Notes: a model not told the origin generated them from the sequence alone. 64,000 nt of DNA from an uncultured Alphaproteobacteria bacterium (GCA_949297415.1 CASFSV010000017.1:24244-88243); one strand, 5' to 3'. Positions 29,545 through 40,086 are shown, numbered from the stretch's first letter. Made by a program: numbers and translations.

Positions 29545-30123
29545 ATGAAAAAAAAGAGCAAGCAATCTCATGTCGCTCGTAAACGTTCACCTGTGTCTTG
29601 TGATGACACTGTTTTATCTCAAAATCCTCATTGTAGAATTAAACAAAAAAATAGGGGAAATCATAATTTTTCTTGGTATGATACCTTCAGCCTGCTTATC
29701 ATTTATTTGGTTATGGACGTTTTGATGCTTGTTGGATTTGCTCGGTTCAGACACCTTTTTGTTGTTGTTCTGTTTATTGTGGCGTATCTCTTGCAAAAAC
29801 ACCATAAAGCTAATCTCTTGTGGGCTTGGCTCCTGACTTTGTTCAGTTTGTTGACTGTCGGGGTTTGTAGACTCTTTTGCAAAAATGAGATACTTTATCC
29901 TGCTTCGCAAATCAGTCTTATGTCTACTCATCAAATAGAGGAAATTTTTTCCGTTACATCTTTGTTGTGGACACTGGGACTATTGGCTATTGTGTTTAGT
30001 GCTTATATATATTATGTCAGAAAAAAGGATAGGGCATTATTTACTACGGAATGGTTCGCCGCGCTGCTTAATATGCTGCTGTTTTGGGGCTTTATGTATC
30101 TTATCTTTCAAAATGCTTCGTAA
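29545..30123 (+). CDS. Hypothetical integral membrane protein
   Basis: ORF 29434..30123 with about 5 hydrophobic helices; start uncertain. Confidence 0.65.
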   Translation: MKKKSKQSHVARKRSPVSCDDTVLSQNPHCRIKQKNRGNHNFSWYDTFSLLIIYLVMDVLMLVGFARFRHLFVVVLFIVAYLLQKHHKANLLWAWLLTLFSLLTVGVCRLFCKNEILYPASQISLMSTHQIEEIFSVTSLLWTLGLLAIVFSAYIYYVRKKDRALFTTEWFAALLNMLLFWGFMYLIFQNAS

Positions 30124-30172
30124 ATCGGAGATTTTTTACTAATAATGTTGTTGTGGGACAAAAGGAGTGAAT

Positions 30173-30871
30173 ATGAATACGGGACAATTTGAACCGATTG
30201 TGGAAATGAAAAATGTTGCACTGGCATACGGTGATAATCCCGAAGTGCTTAAAAATATCAATTTCTCTTTTCGACGCGGCTCAATCCATTTTTTAACCGG
30301 AAAAAGCGGTGCCGGCAAAACTTCTCTGCTTTCTATGCTCTATTTGGCTCAGAAACCAACTGCCGGTACTTTGAAAGTTTTTGGAAATAACGTGGCAATG
30401 ACGGATCGTGATACGTTGGCGTTTTTAAGACGGCGAATCGGTGTCGTCTTTCAGGATTTCAGACTCTTGGAGCATTTGAGCGTCTTTGATAATGTGGCTC
30501 TACCCTTGCGCATTCGCGGAATGAAAGAAAAAGAAATTCGGCAAAGGGTTATCGAACTTTTGGCGTGGGTGGAACTTTCTCATAATATGTACGTCAAAAG
30601 TTCTGAAATTTCCGGAGGAGAAAAACAACGCGTTGCCATTGCTCGCGCAGTCATTAACCGTCCGGAATTACTGCTTGCCGATGAACCTACCGGTAACGTC
30701 GATAGTGAAATTGCATTAAAACTTATGAAATTGTTTGCTGAACTTAATCGCTTGGGGACAACGGTCGTTATTGCTACTCACTCAAACGAATTGATGAACC
30801 GGTATAATTATCCCCGCTTGGTTTTGGCGGACGGTAATCTGGCTTATTTGAAAGATAAAGTTGATGATTAA
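30173..30871 (+). CDS. ftsE: Cell division ATP-binding protein FtsE
   Basis: Walker A GKSGAGKT, IGVVFQDFRLL, SGGEKQRVAIARA, LADEPTGNVD; upstream of ftsX. Confidence 0.93.
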   Translation: MNTGQFEPIVEMKNVALAYGDNPEVLKNINFSFRRGSIHFLTGKSGAGKTSLLSMLYLAQKPTAGTLKVFGNNVAMTDRDTLAFLRRRIGVVFQDFRLLEHLSVFDNVALPLRIRGMKEKEIRQRVIELLAWVELSHNMYVKSSEISGGEKQRVAIARAVINRPELLLADEPTGNVDSEIALKLMKLFAELNRLGTTVVIATHSNELMNRYNYPRLVLADGNLAYLKDKVDD

Positions 30872-30910
30872 ATTTTTATATTTGTTTCTTTGAAGAGGAG
30901 TGAATCTTAA

Positions 30911-31948
30911 ATGGCTGTAACTGAATTGGATGAGATTAAACAAGCAATGGCTCTTGAAGAAAAGATTACTCCTAAAGGAAGTAATCGTAAAGTCGGTAAT
31001 TCTGTTTCTAAAGCAACGGCAAAGCAACGTGCCGCTCGTATTCGTGAATTAAGGAGACAAAAAGCTCCGGCCGATAAAAATCAAGAATTGCCAATCGATG
31101 AAGGTTATTCCAAAACTTTTTTGCGTGTTACCGTTGCGGTTTCCGTCTTTTTATTTGCTATTACTCTTGCCGGTGTTCTCGGTATTAACTCTATGTTCGA
31201 AAATTCCAGAAATCAGGTTATTTCTAATTTTACTGTACAAGTGCTGCCTTTGCCCGATATTCAGGAAAGTCGCGAGGATTTGCTTAAAATTGTTAACTTT
31301 TTAGAGAAATATCCCGATATTGAACAGGTTACGGTATTAAGTGATGCTGAGTTGCGCGCTCTATTACAGCCTTGGTTGGGAACAAATGTGGATATCGAAA
31401 TGCTCCCCATTCCGAAACTCTTAGACGTTAAAATCCGCAACGGTCGTAACTTTGATTATCGGGAATTAACGGTGCGCTTGTCCGAAATATCAGCCCAAGC
31501 TTCCATTAACGACCATAATCTTTGGCTCTCCAGATTGCTCAAATTTATTAACTCTTTGAAAATGTTGGCGGTGACAGTACTTATTCTGGTGGCCGGTGGG
31601 TGTGTCGCTTCTATTGTTTATGCTGCTAAAACTGGTCTTAATGTGCATCGCGATATTATCACTATTTTACATACTATGGGGGCTACCGATGAATATATCG
31701 CTCTTAACTATGTAAAACAGATTTCTCATATGTCTGCGCTGGCTGGAATTATCGGTGCTTTGCTTTCCGTGCCGGCTATCCTTATTATCGGACATATGGC
31801 TCAGGGTATTGAAGCAGGCATTTTTAACTCTGTTACTTTCGGACTTGAAGATTGGCTCTTCATCCTTTTATTGCCTTTTATTTCTGCGGCGCTGGTGGCT
31901 CTTACCGCTTATGTAACCGTGGTTAAAACATTGCGCCATATGGTATAG
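30911..31948 (+). CDS. ftsX: Cell division permease FtsX
   Basis: Four TM; LLQPWLG..LPIPKLLDV, ILHTMGATDEYI. Confidence 0.88.
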   Translation: MAVTELDEIKQAMALEEKITPKGSNRKVGNSVSKATAKQRAARIRELRRQKAPADKNQELPIDEGYSKTFLRVTVAVSVFLFAITLAGVLGINSMFENSRNQVISNFTVQVLPLPDIQESREDLLKIVNFLEKYPDIEQVTVLSDAELRALLQPWLGTNVDIEMLPIPKLLDVKIRNGRNFDYRELTVRLSEISAQASINDHNLWLSRLLKFINSLKMLAVTVLILVAGGCVASIVYAAKTGLNVHRDIITILHTMGATDEYIALNYVKQISHMSALAGIIGALLSVPAILIIGHMAQGIEAGIFNSVTFGLEDWLFILLLPFISAALVALTAYVTVVKTLRHMV

Positions 31949-31965
31949 ATTTTTTGAGTGAAGTT

Positions 31966-33525
31966 ATGAACTTGTGGGCTAATAAATTATTAAACTTTGT
32001 TGCACAGATGGGGCTTTATTTATTCTGTGTGATGGCTTTTTATCTTTCTACGGGTAATTGCTATTTTATAGACGGAAAAATAGTTGATTTCTCACTCTTG
32101 GGATGGGCTTTGATGCTCGCTATTTGGGGGTGGGGGCTTGTTTTCTATTTTCGCCGGAAAAATGTTAAAATTTTAATATTTGCTACACAATTATCTGTGA
32201 TTTGTTTTACTTTTGATTGTTGGCGCCTGTTTGCTTTTGCTGCTAATTTATCTGCTAAATCTTATATTAATATCCTCTTAGTTGCTGAATTTATTGCCAT
32301 TCTGATTGCTTGGTGTATTAAAAATAATTTCTTGCTTTCTTCAGCTTTAATCTCTTTGCTATTAATCTATACTGGATGTGTTACCGCTTATCCGGCTTTA
32401 TTGTCTTGGAACCAAATATTAGCTGTTTCTGCTGTATGGGCTTTTATGGCTTCTTTGCAATTTTCTCATTGGCTTAAACCTAAATTTATGTTTCTTTTTA
32501 TTGGTGTTTTGCTTAGTGGTTGGTGCTGTTATTTATATTATCAAACTAATGGTATCCATTTTTATGAAGCAAAAATTACCAAACCAGCACAAAATGTTAA
32601 AGTCAGTATCATTGTGCCTGTTTATAATGCCGAAAAATCATTAAAGCGTTCTCTGGATAGTCTACGTAAGCAAACGCTTAAAGATATTGAGATTATTTGT
32701 GTTAATGACGGCTCTATTGATAAATCTGGTCAAATCTTAGCCGATTATGCCGCTCATGATGCTCGTTTTAAAGTGATTACACAAGAAAATAAATATATCG
32801 GAGCGGCTCGTAATACCGGACTTGCTGCTGCTACAGGTGAATATGTCGGTTTTCTTGATAATGATGATTGGGTGTCACCCGATTACTATGAGAACTTATA
32901 TAGACGGGCTAAATTTCATGATGCTGATATTGCTGTTGTAGCTCAAAATTATGAAATTTTTAATAGAGTAGGTAACAAATTTAATAAAAACAGTCAAATT
33001 ATGTTTTTACTAAACACTGATGTAATTGATAATTTAAAAACCGAATTCTTTAAAATTCCTCGCTTTGTCTGGGATAAAATTTACAGAAAGAGCTTTTTGG
33101 ATAAATATTATATCAAAAGTTCAGAGCGTCGAACTTTTTATGAAGACTTTTTCTTTATCTTACAGGCAGAGATTAATGCTAATAAAATCGCTGTAGCTCA
33201 CGAGGGAAAACATTACTGGAACCGTTTGGGTAAAACAACTAGCCGTGTTTCTAATGTTCCTTTTTCGGAGGAACCAGCGTTGCTGTATCTTGATATTTTT
33301 AAGTATATTCAAAATGCTGCTCTCTCTCCCGAAGATAAAGAAGATTGGAGAAAATTAACTCTGATACATATGGAGATTGTGTTTATTGATATCTATTTAT
33401 CTTTACGTGAAGAAGATAAAGATAAATGGGTTGATTATTGTCAGAAATTATTCCCAGATGTGTCTTTTACTTTTAGCGAAGAAAAATTTAATGAACTTAT
33501 GCTTAAATATATTGTTTTCAGGTGA
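31966..33525 (+). CDS. GT2 glycosyltransferase fused to an N-terminal multi-TM domain
   Basis: KVSIIVPVYNAE..ICVNDGSID..ARNTGL..GEYVGFLDNDD after ~200 aa of hydrophobic helices. Confidence 0.9.
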   Translation: MNLWANKLLNFVAQMGLYLFCVMAFYLSTGNCYFIDGKIVDFSLLGWALMLAIWGWGLVFYFRRKNVKILIFATQLSVICFTFDCWRLFAFAANLSAKSYINILLVAEFIAILIAWCIKNNFLLSSALISLLLIYTGCVTAYPALLSWNQILAVSAVWAFMASLQFSHWLKPKFMFLFIGVLLSGWCCYLYYQTNGIHFYEAKITKPAQNVKVSIIVPVYNAEKSLKRSLDSLRKQTLKDIEIICVNDGSIDKSGQILADYAAHDARFKVITQENKYIGAARNTGLAAATGEYVGFLDNDDWVSPDYYENLYRRAKFHDADIAVVAQNYEIFNRVGNKFNKNSQIMFLLNTDVIDNLKTEFFKIPRFVWDKIYRKSFLDKYYIKSSERRTFYEDFFFILQAEINANKIAVAHEGKHYWNRLGKTTSRVSNVPFSEEPALLYLDIFKYIQNAALSPEDKEDWRKLTLIHMEIVFIDIYLSLREEDKDKWVDYCQKLFPDVSFTFSEEKFNELMLKYIVFR

Positions 33526-33635
33526 GGCTTTGAAACCCTTTATTAAATCTTTTTTTTGACTAATTGTGGAGAAAATGAAAAAAAGTGTGGGAAAATAAGC
33601 CCATTCGACGTATATTCTCGTAAAAGTGAGGTTTT

Positions 33636-35426
33636 ATGAGACATAAGCTTTTGTTACTTACCGTTCTTTGCTCGGTGATTTTATTCTTTGTTTGGTTGGG
33701 CGGTTTCTTTATCTTTAACCGTACCGTTTTTGCTTATGTCAAAAATAATCATACCGATATTGATGGTCAGGCTTTGGAACAACGAAGAAATCTGGCAGAA
33801 GATTATGTGCGGGCTTTATTTGATAAGGAAAATCTGCAACGAGATTTTGTGCCGCTTAAAACTTATCCCTTAAAGCCTTTTGATGTGCGCTTAATTGCTC
33901 TTTATTTGCCGCAATTTCATCAATTTAAAGAGAATAATCTTTGGCATGGGCAGGGGTTTACCGAGTGGTCGAACGTTACTGCCGCAAAACCGCTCTTTGT
34001 TGGACATTATCAACCTAAACTCCCTATTGATGTCGGTTTCTATGACCTTGCTCACGATGAGGTTATGAAAAGACAAATCGAACTTGCGCAAAATTATGGT
34101 GTCGGTGGTTTTGCTTTTTATTACTATTGGTTCTCCGGAAAAAAATTGATGGAGAAACCTATCTATAACTACTTGGCTAATCCAAAACTCAATTTTCCTT
34201 TTTGTCTGAATTGGGCTAACGAAAATTGGTCAAAACGTTGGGACGGCGGTAATCAGGAACTCTTAATCGAACAGACTTTCTCTCGTGATGACTTTGAACC
34301 CTTTGCGCAAGATTTACTTCCTTTCTTCCGAGATGAACGCTATATTCGTATTGATGGGCGACCTTTATTCATTATCTATCGTCCGGCTGCATTTGATAAA
34401 ACTCTGTTTGTCGAATTTACTCAATATCTTCGTCATTTTATGCAAGAGCATGGCGTGGCTAATCCATACCTTATTGCTACAAAGGCTTTTGGCTTTTTCG
34501 ATAATCCGCAAGATTGGGGATTGGATGCCGTGATGGAGTTCGAATTAAACGATATTTACGGATTGCGCCAAAAAAATGTGGCTAAAATTGATGATGCCGC
34601 CGATTTTCATATCTATGACTGGGCTGAATATATCAAAGCTGATAAAATGGTTAAAGACTATACTTACAAAACCTTTCGTACCGTTTTTCCGCGTTGGGAT
34701 AATACGCCGCGCAAGGCTTATTCGGGAGCACTGATTTTTGATGGGACAACACCTGATATCTATGCTCAATGGCTTGATTATGCCGTTAAAACTACTCGGC
34801 AAAACATGATTGGAGATGAGCGCATTGTCTTTATTAACGCTTGGAACGAATGGGCTGAAGGGGCTATGCTTGAACCTGATAAACGCTTCGGTTACGCTTA
34901 TCTTGATATGACACGGCAAGTTATGGATGGAAATTTTGTTTCTTCAGCAGACAAACCCACACCGATTGGTATTGCGGTCTTAACCGGCGGTATTAACCGC
35001 ATTGAAAAAGCCATACAGTTACTTAATGATGGAGTAGGGGAACGTTTACTTATTTCCGGTGTGCGGCCGGGGACAAGTTTGAATCTTATTGCTTCTCGTA
35101 AAGATGTTGTGCTTAAAAATGCTCAACCGATTGATTTGGGATATGAAGCAACCGATACCGTCGGTAATGCTCGTGAAGTTCGCGAATGGACGGAAAAATA
35201 TAATATTAAAGAATTTTATGTGGTGACTTCTTTTTATCATATCCCTCGCAGCCGCTTAGAACTTCAGCACGAAATGCCAGATGCTGTGATGCACTTTGTG
35301 GCGGTTGATACACCGAATGTTTTGCCTCAATGGTGGAAAAATTGGTGCAGTTTCAAATTTATGGCTGCCGAATATACGAAATTCTTAATTGTTTATTTCC
35401 AATATGCTTTGGACAGACTTTTATAA
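33636..35426 (+). CDS. YdcF/ElyC (DUF218) protein with inserted WbsX/GH99-like domain
   Basis: N-terminal TM (WLGGF); RLIALYLPQFH..GFTEW..FINAWNEWAEG (WbsX); then IAVLTGG..RLLISGV..TVGNA..VTSFYHIPRS..EYTK (DUF218). Confidence 0.9.
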   Translation: MRHKLLLLTVLCSVILFFVWLGGFFIFNRTVFAYVKNNHTDIDGQALEQRRNLAEDYVRALFDKENLQRDFVPLKTYPLKPFDVRLIALYLPQFHQFKENNLWHGQGFTEWSNVTAAKPLFVGHYQPKLPIDVGFYDLAHDEVMKRQIELAQNYGVGGFAFYYYWFSGKKLMEKPIYNYLANPKLNFPFCLNWANENWSKRWDGGNQELLIEQTFSRDDFEPFAQDLLPFFRDERYIRIDGRPLFIIYRPAAFDKTLFVEFTQYLRHFMQEHGVANPYLIATKAFGFFDNPQDWGLDAVMEFELNDIYGLRQKNVAKIDDAADFHIYDWAEYIKADKMVKDYTYKTFRTVFPRWDNTPRKAYSGALIFDGTTPDIYAQWLDYAVKTTRQNMIGDERIVFINAWNEWAEGAMLEPDKRFGYAYLDMTRQVMDGNFVSSADKPTPIGIAVLTGGINRIEKAIQLLNDGVGERLLISGVRPGTSLNLIASRKDVVLKNAQPIDLGYEATDTVGNAREVREWTEKYNIKEFYVVTSFYHIPRSRLELQHEMPDAVMHFVAVDTPNVLPQWWKNWCSFKFMAAEYTKFLIVYFQYALDRLL

Positions 35427-35441
35427 AATAAGAAAGGTTTA

Positions 35442-36164
35442 ATGATGTCTAAATGTTATCTTTTTATTCGCTCTTTAATTGCTAATTTGTATTTTTATCC
35501 GGTAATGGCGGTCGCTTTTGCCGTTTGTATTATTATCGGGATGTGTTCTCGCAAAGCTATGATTAAACTTTGGGATAAATATCTCCACAAACTGATTTGG
35601 GGCGGTATGCTCAAACTTTGCGGTATTACCGTTGAAGTGCGCGGAAAAGAATTTATCACTCCGAACGTTATTTTTGCCAGCAAACATGAGTCTGCTTTTG
35701 AAACCTATGCCTATACCGGTATTATCCCTAATTCCGTTTTTGTGCTTAAAAAAGAATTAACTTATATTCCTCTGTTTGGGTGGGGACAGGCACTCTATGG
35801 TATGATACCCGTAGACAGAGGCGCTGGCGCAAAAGCAATGAAAGGTATGGTTAAAGAAGCTCAGAAAAGGGTCGCTGATGGGCGTTCTATTATCATCTTT
35901 CCTGAAGGTACTCGCTGTAAACACGGTCAAGTCAAAGGGTATAAATCCGGTATTGTCTTTTTGGCCGAAAATCTTGATATGCCGATTGTGCCTGTCGCTC
36001 TTAACTCTGATTTGGTTTGGTCTAAAGCCTCGTTCATTCGTAAACCGGGGAAAGTTATCTTCCAATTCTTACCGCCGATGAATATCAAAGATTTTGCCGG
36101 AAAGAAAGAATTTATGGCAGAACTCCAAAATCGTATTGAAACGGCTTGTGCTCAATTAGGTTAG
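35442..36164 (+). CDS. plsC: 1-acyl-sn-glycerol-3-phosphate acyltransferase
   Basis: SKHESAFET, KKEL..PLFGW, IFPEGTR, PIVPVALNS. Confidence 0.9.
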   Translation: MMSKCYLFIRSLIANLYFYPVMAVAFAVCIIIGMCSRKAMIKLWDKYLHKLIWGGMLKLCGITVEVRGKEFITPNVIFASKHESAFETYAYTGIIPNSVFVLKKELTYIPLFGWGQALYGMIPVDRGAGAKAMKGMVKEAQKRVADGRSIIIFPEGTRCKHGQVKGYKSGIVFLAENLDMPIVPVALNSDLVWSKASFIRKPGKVIFQFLPPMNIKDFAGKKEFMAELQNRIETACAQLG

Positions 36165-36192
36165 CCATAATGCTTGCAAACTAATTTCGGTT

Positions 36193-37380
36193 ATGGTTGG
36201 TATGAATAAGGGGGATAGTCTTTATAAGCAAACGGTGACAGAACAAACGGCGGGAGTAGGGAATATTGCCGTTGGATTGCCTGATGATGATAAACTGGCT
36301 GTTTATATCCATTTCCCTTATTGCAAAAGTCGATGTCCTTATTGCGACTTCTTTCGTGCCGTTCTTCCGAAATCGTTTGATGAAAATGCTCTTGTTCAGC
36401 GATATCTCTCTGATATTGCCTATTTTGCTGATTTATTTGCACAAAAGCAAACCGTTAAATCTGTCTTTTTTGGTGGGGGAACTCCTTCCTTATTATCTCC
36501 TCTGGCGGTTGATGTTGTCTTAAACGAACTGCAAAAGAAATTTAATGTTGCTCATCATGTGGAAATTTCTTTGGAAGCTAACCCTAATACTTTTGAACGT
36601 GATAAATTTTTGGCGTTTCATCATGCCGGTATCAATCGTCTTTCTCTAGGCGTGCAAGCTCTTCATTCAGAAGATTTGAAAAAACTCGGACGTACTCACT
36701 CTTTATCCGATGCACTTACGGCGATGGAGCTGGGATCTAAGACTTTTCCGAAATTTTCGATTGACTTAATCTATGCTCGTCCCGGGCAACAATGGGATAA
36801 TTGGCAAAGGGAAATTGATACCGCGCTGCAATTTGACCTTTCGCATATTTCTTTATATGAACTCTCTATTGAAGAGGGAACGCCTTTTTATCGCAAAAAT
36901 GTTCAGCCTATGGACGAGGAAAATTCTCTATCCCTCTATAACAACACGGTTTCTTATTTGCGCTCGCTGGGATTTCAACGTTATGAAGTATCTAACTTTG
37001 CCAAATCAGTTTCTGCTCAAAGCATCCATAATTTGACTTATTGGCAAGGCGGTGACTACATCGGTATCGGGGAAGGAGCGCACGGTCGTCTTCGGCTTAA
37101 CGGACAAATTTTTGCGACCTTAGACGGACAACTTGCGGAAAATTTATCTCCTTATGAAAGAGCCCTTGAACTTCTCTTAATGGGACTTCGTATTGAGGAT
37201 GGAATTTCTGAAAATCGTTTTTATAATGCTTGTGGAATACATTTATTTGACTTTTTGTCAAAAAAAATGACAAAAAGACTTGCGCAATTAAATTTATTGT
37301 GTTATGATGACGCCAACATTAAACTTACGGACAAGGGTTTTATCCTTTTGGACGAAATTATTTTAGAGTTAGTAAGTTAA
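36193..37380 (+). CDS. hemW: Radical SAM heme chaperone HemW (HemN-like)
   Basis: YIHFPYCKSRCPYCDF, FFGGGTPS, EANP, RLSLGVQ, YEVSNF, HNLTYW. Confidence 0.9.
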   Translation: MVGMNKGDSLYKQTVTEQTAGVGNIAVGLPDDDKLAVYIHFPYCKSRCPYCDFFRAVLPKSFDENALVQRYLSDIAYFADLFAQKQTVKSVFFGGGTPSLLSPLAVDVVLNELQKKFNVAHHVEISLEANPNTFERDKFLAFHHAGINRLSLGVQALHSEDLKKLGRTHSLSDALTAMELGSKTFPKFSIDLIYARPGQQWDNWQREIDTALQFDLSHISLYELSIEEGTPFYRKNVQPMDEENSLSLYNNTVSYLRSLGFQRYEVSNFAKSVSAQSIHNLTYWQGGDYIGIGEGAHGRLRLNGQIFATLDGQLAENLSPYERALELLLMGLRIEDGISENRFYNACGIHLFDFLSKKMTKRLAQLNLLCYDDANIKLTDKGFILLDEIILELVS

Positions 37381-37442
37381 GTTTTTTTCTATTTAATTTT
37401 GGTCGTTTGACCGTAAAACACATTTTAAGGAGATTTTCAGTT

Positions 37443-37961
37443 ATGAGAAAAATTTTGGCAGCCGTAGCGGTTTTGCTATTGGCGGGTTGTTGTTGTAATC
37501 CTAATTATGTTCCGACTTATCGTAGAGATAATCCGAAAATTGAGCCTAAACCTGTTTATTATCAACAATATACCACACAGCAACCAACTTATATCTACTA
37601 TAAACGCAAAGCTACATATACCTATTATGACCAACCAACCTATGCTTACTATAGTCAAGAACCGACATACACTTATTATCGCGCTCCCAAAGGTGAGGTT
37701 ATGCATGTGGCCGGTTTCGATATTCAACAAGGACAGCAAATGCGCGATTTCTTCGATGATTTTGAAGAACCTATGCACGCTCAATATATCGGAAATAATA
37801 CCGTCAGATGGGTTTACTATATAGATTATGACTATGAGGATAATGAAGGCGATATTGTTCGTTATAGCGACTTAGGTGATTATCAACCACATTCTTTGTG
37901 CTCTTTGACTGTCGAATTTTATCGCACTTATGTTACTACGGCTTATACGAACTGCTACTGA
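37443..37961 (+). CDS. Lipoprotein with Tyr-rich repeats
   Basis: Lipobox LLAGC; AAGGAG RBS; PTYxYY repeats. Confidence 0.8.
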   Translation: MRKILAAVAVLLLAGCCCNPNYVPTYRRDNPKIEPKPVYYQQYTTQQPTYIYYKRKATYTYYDQPTYAYYSQEPTYTYYRAPKGEVMHVAGFDIQQGQQMRDFFDDFEEPMHAQYIGNNTVRWVYYIDYDYEDNEGDIVRYSDLGDYQPHSLCSLTVEFYRTYVTTAYTNCY

Positions 37962-37983
37962 TTTCTAACTCGGTGATTGTATA

Positions 37984-38901
37984 ATGGGTTTACCTATCAC
38001 TTCTCCCAAAGGGGCGCTCAGAATCGAAAATATGTTGCGCCCCTATAAACGTGGTGAAAAAGAAATTACACTTGATGTCGGACTCGATGTACTGATGTCT
38101 ACCAACTATGCTCGCAGTGTGCGGGATATGTTGCTGTGTATTGAAAAAATACCGATTGATAAGCAACGAGAATTTGAAAGTGTCGTGCTTTTTACTTTTG
38201 TTGATCGTCTGCAACCCATTGATATTCATAATATTGCACAAAATTTAGCTCAAAACGGCGGATATGAAAAGAAATTGGCTAAGCGTATTGCGCAAACAGC
38301 TTGTAAACACGGTGAGATTCTTATGTCCTCGCCAACTCCCACATATTGTCTGCAAAGTCTTGATACTGATTTTGTTCGCTTTGATGCGGATAAATATGAC
38401 GGTCTTAAAGTCTTGAGAGAGAAATGCGGGATTAAAGCCGTTCCTAAATTGCCTAGTTTTATTGACTTGACTGAATGTTTAACGGTGGAAATTTACAGGC
38501 AAAATCTTCAGAATGTCAAAACATTAAAACTTGCGCCGAACTGCAATATTGAAATTACTCATTGTCAAAACTTGCCGAATAATATCGATTTTTCGAAAGT
38601 GCAAAATATTTGTCTTAATGGGTGCGATTTACGGAATTTTGATCAGTTAATCTTGGGAAAAGGACAACAAGCTCAACTTATCGGTGTGCAAAATTTACCG
38701 TCTTTTCTTGATATATCCGGTTACGATAAAGTTCTGTTGGTTGGGGCGGATTTATCTCATCTTAAATATCTTAAGCTCAAAAAAGCTCCTCCGGCTTATT
38801 TGGAAAATTTAATTCCTAATTCTTGTCAGGTAGAAATTTTATCAAAAAATGAAGTTTTGAAACCTTCTTTTTTACAGAAATTTAAACAGCGTTTTAAATA
38901 A
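37984..38901 (+). CDS. Leucine-rich-repeat-like protein
   Basis: Three ~41-aa repeats LPxx(I/L)D(L/F/I)(S/T)...(D/N)LxxxxxLxL. Confidence 0.7.
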   Translation: MGLPITSPKGALRIENMLRPYKRGEKEITLDVGLDVLMSTNYARSVRDMLLCIEKIPIDKQREFESVVLFTFVDRLQPIDIHNIAQNLAQNGGYEKKLAKRIAQTACKHGEILMSSPTPTYCLQSLDTDFVRFDADKYDGLKVLREKCGIKAVPKLPSFIDLTECLTVEIYRQNLQNVKTLKLAPNCNIEITHCQNLPNNIDFSKVQNICLNGCDLRNFDQLILGKGQQAQLIGVQNLPSFLDISGYDKVLLVGADLSHLKYLKLKKAPPAYLENLIPNSCQVEILSKNEVLKPSFLQKFKQRFK

Positions 38902-39028
38902 CTTATCTCTCTTTTTTAATGTTTAAATTTAAATGGATTTTCTGATTTTTTTTATTTTTTTACCTCCTTGTATCATCTTTTTTGATGATTATATCTGCCC
39001 TAAAAGGGATTTATAAGGAGAATTTTTG

Positions 39029-39370
39029 ATGAAATTACTCAAATCTAGTCTATGGGCTCTGGTTTTTATTTTAGGGGCTTGCCATTGGAACGATGATTCG
39101 AAAAATGCTTATTATCAACTTAATGGTATAGCGGTTTATAAAGGTCAAAGTATATCTGATCTTTGGCTGGCTAACGGTGCGCCTAATGTTATTAAAAATC
39201 TTAGTGACGGAGTTGTTATGTGGATTTATTATACTAATTTTCAATCTGTCGGCGGCGGAGAAATGATTTCTTATAACATACCATATCCTTCCAGCTCGGC
39301 AATTAAATGCAGTGTAAAAGTCTTGCTCCGTAACGAAAAGGTTATTTCCGCTTATTCTAATTGTGATTAG
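39029..39370 (+). CDS. Small lipoprotein (paralog of 37443..37961 core)
   Basis: Lipobox LGAC; GQ..P..W(I/V)YY..CS(V/L)xV..AY(S/T)NC shared with the upstream lipoprotein. Confidence 0.8.
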   Translation: MKLLKSSLWALVFILGACHWNDDSKNAYYQLNGIAVYKGQSISDLWLANGAPNVIKNLSDGVVMWIYYTNFQSVGGGEMISYNIPYPSSSAIKCSVKVLLRNEKVISAYSNCD

Positions 39371-39427
39371 ACTAAAAAAACAGACCTTACCGTTTTGGAT
39401 AGGGTCTGTTTTGTTTGCGGTGTGCGC

Positions 39428-39913
39428 TTACTTTTGGATGGTTGCTGCTTCGATTAGTTCTGTCAACAATTTTTTACCATCCTGATCACTTTTGATCATT
39501 TTGGCCGTACTCTCTGTCATTGCTCCATGTTGCAGCATCTTTACCATTACGGCTCTTGCTGCCTCGCGGTTTTGGCAGGTATCAAAGTAGTAGTAGTGAA
39601 AAAATAGATTGTGGAAGCAATTTGCTCCTTGCCAATCTTCTTCATTGACATCCGCTCCTTTATCTATCATCTTTTCTGCTAACGACCAGATTTGTTTGTC
39701 GGTGGCAACTTGCAAATAGGGGACATCTCCGCCAAATGGATAGTCAAGACGACCATTCAGTTCAGCTCCTTCGTCAATTGCTTTCAATGCAATTTCAACG
39801 GTTTCTTCATCAGTGTGGAGCCAATTTTCTTTGGTTTTAATTCTTTCACTTTGTTGATAATAAATCAGAGCATTTACCAGTAGTTGCTCCGCTGTTTCTT
39901 TGAGCTTTTCCAT
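39428..39913 (-). CDS. Ankyrin-repeat-like protein
   Basis: IDEGAELN, MIDKGADVNEEDWQGANCFH, MLQHGA. Confidence 0.75.
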   Translation of the reverse strand: MEKLKETAEQLLVNALIYYQQSERIKTKENWLHTDEETVEIALKAIDEGAELNGRLDYPFGGDVPYLQVATDKQIWSLAEKMIDKGADVNEEDWQGANCFHNLFFHYYYFDTCQNREAARAVMVKMLQHGAMTESTAKMIKSDQDGKKLLTELIEAATIQK

Positions 39914-40086
39914 ACAACTTGTTTTTTGGTGGTTAATAATAGCTCAAACTCCGTAAAGTTTGAATTTTTTTCTCAATTATATACAAATACTTAGGTTTTG
40001 TAGCCATATTTTATGAATTTTATATCTTTTGTCAAGTTTTTTTGTCGTTACTCCTTATTTTAATTTGGCATAAAAGTTAATTTGGG

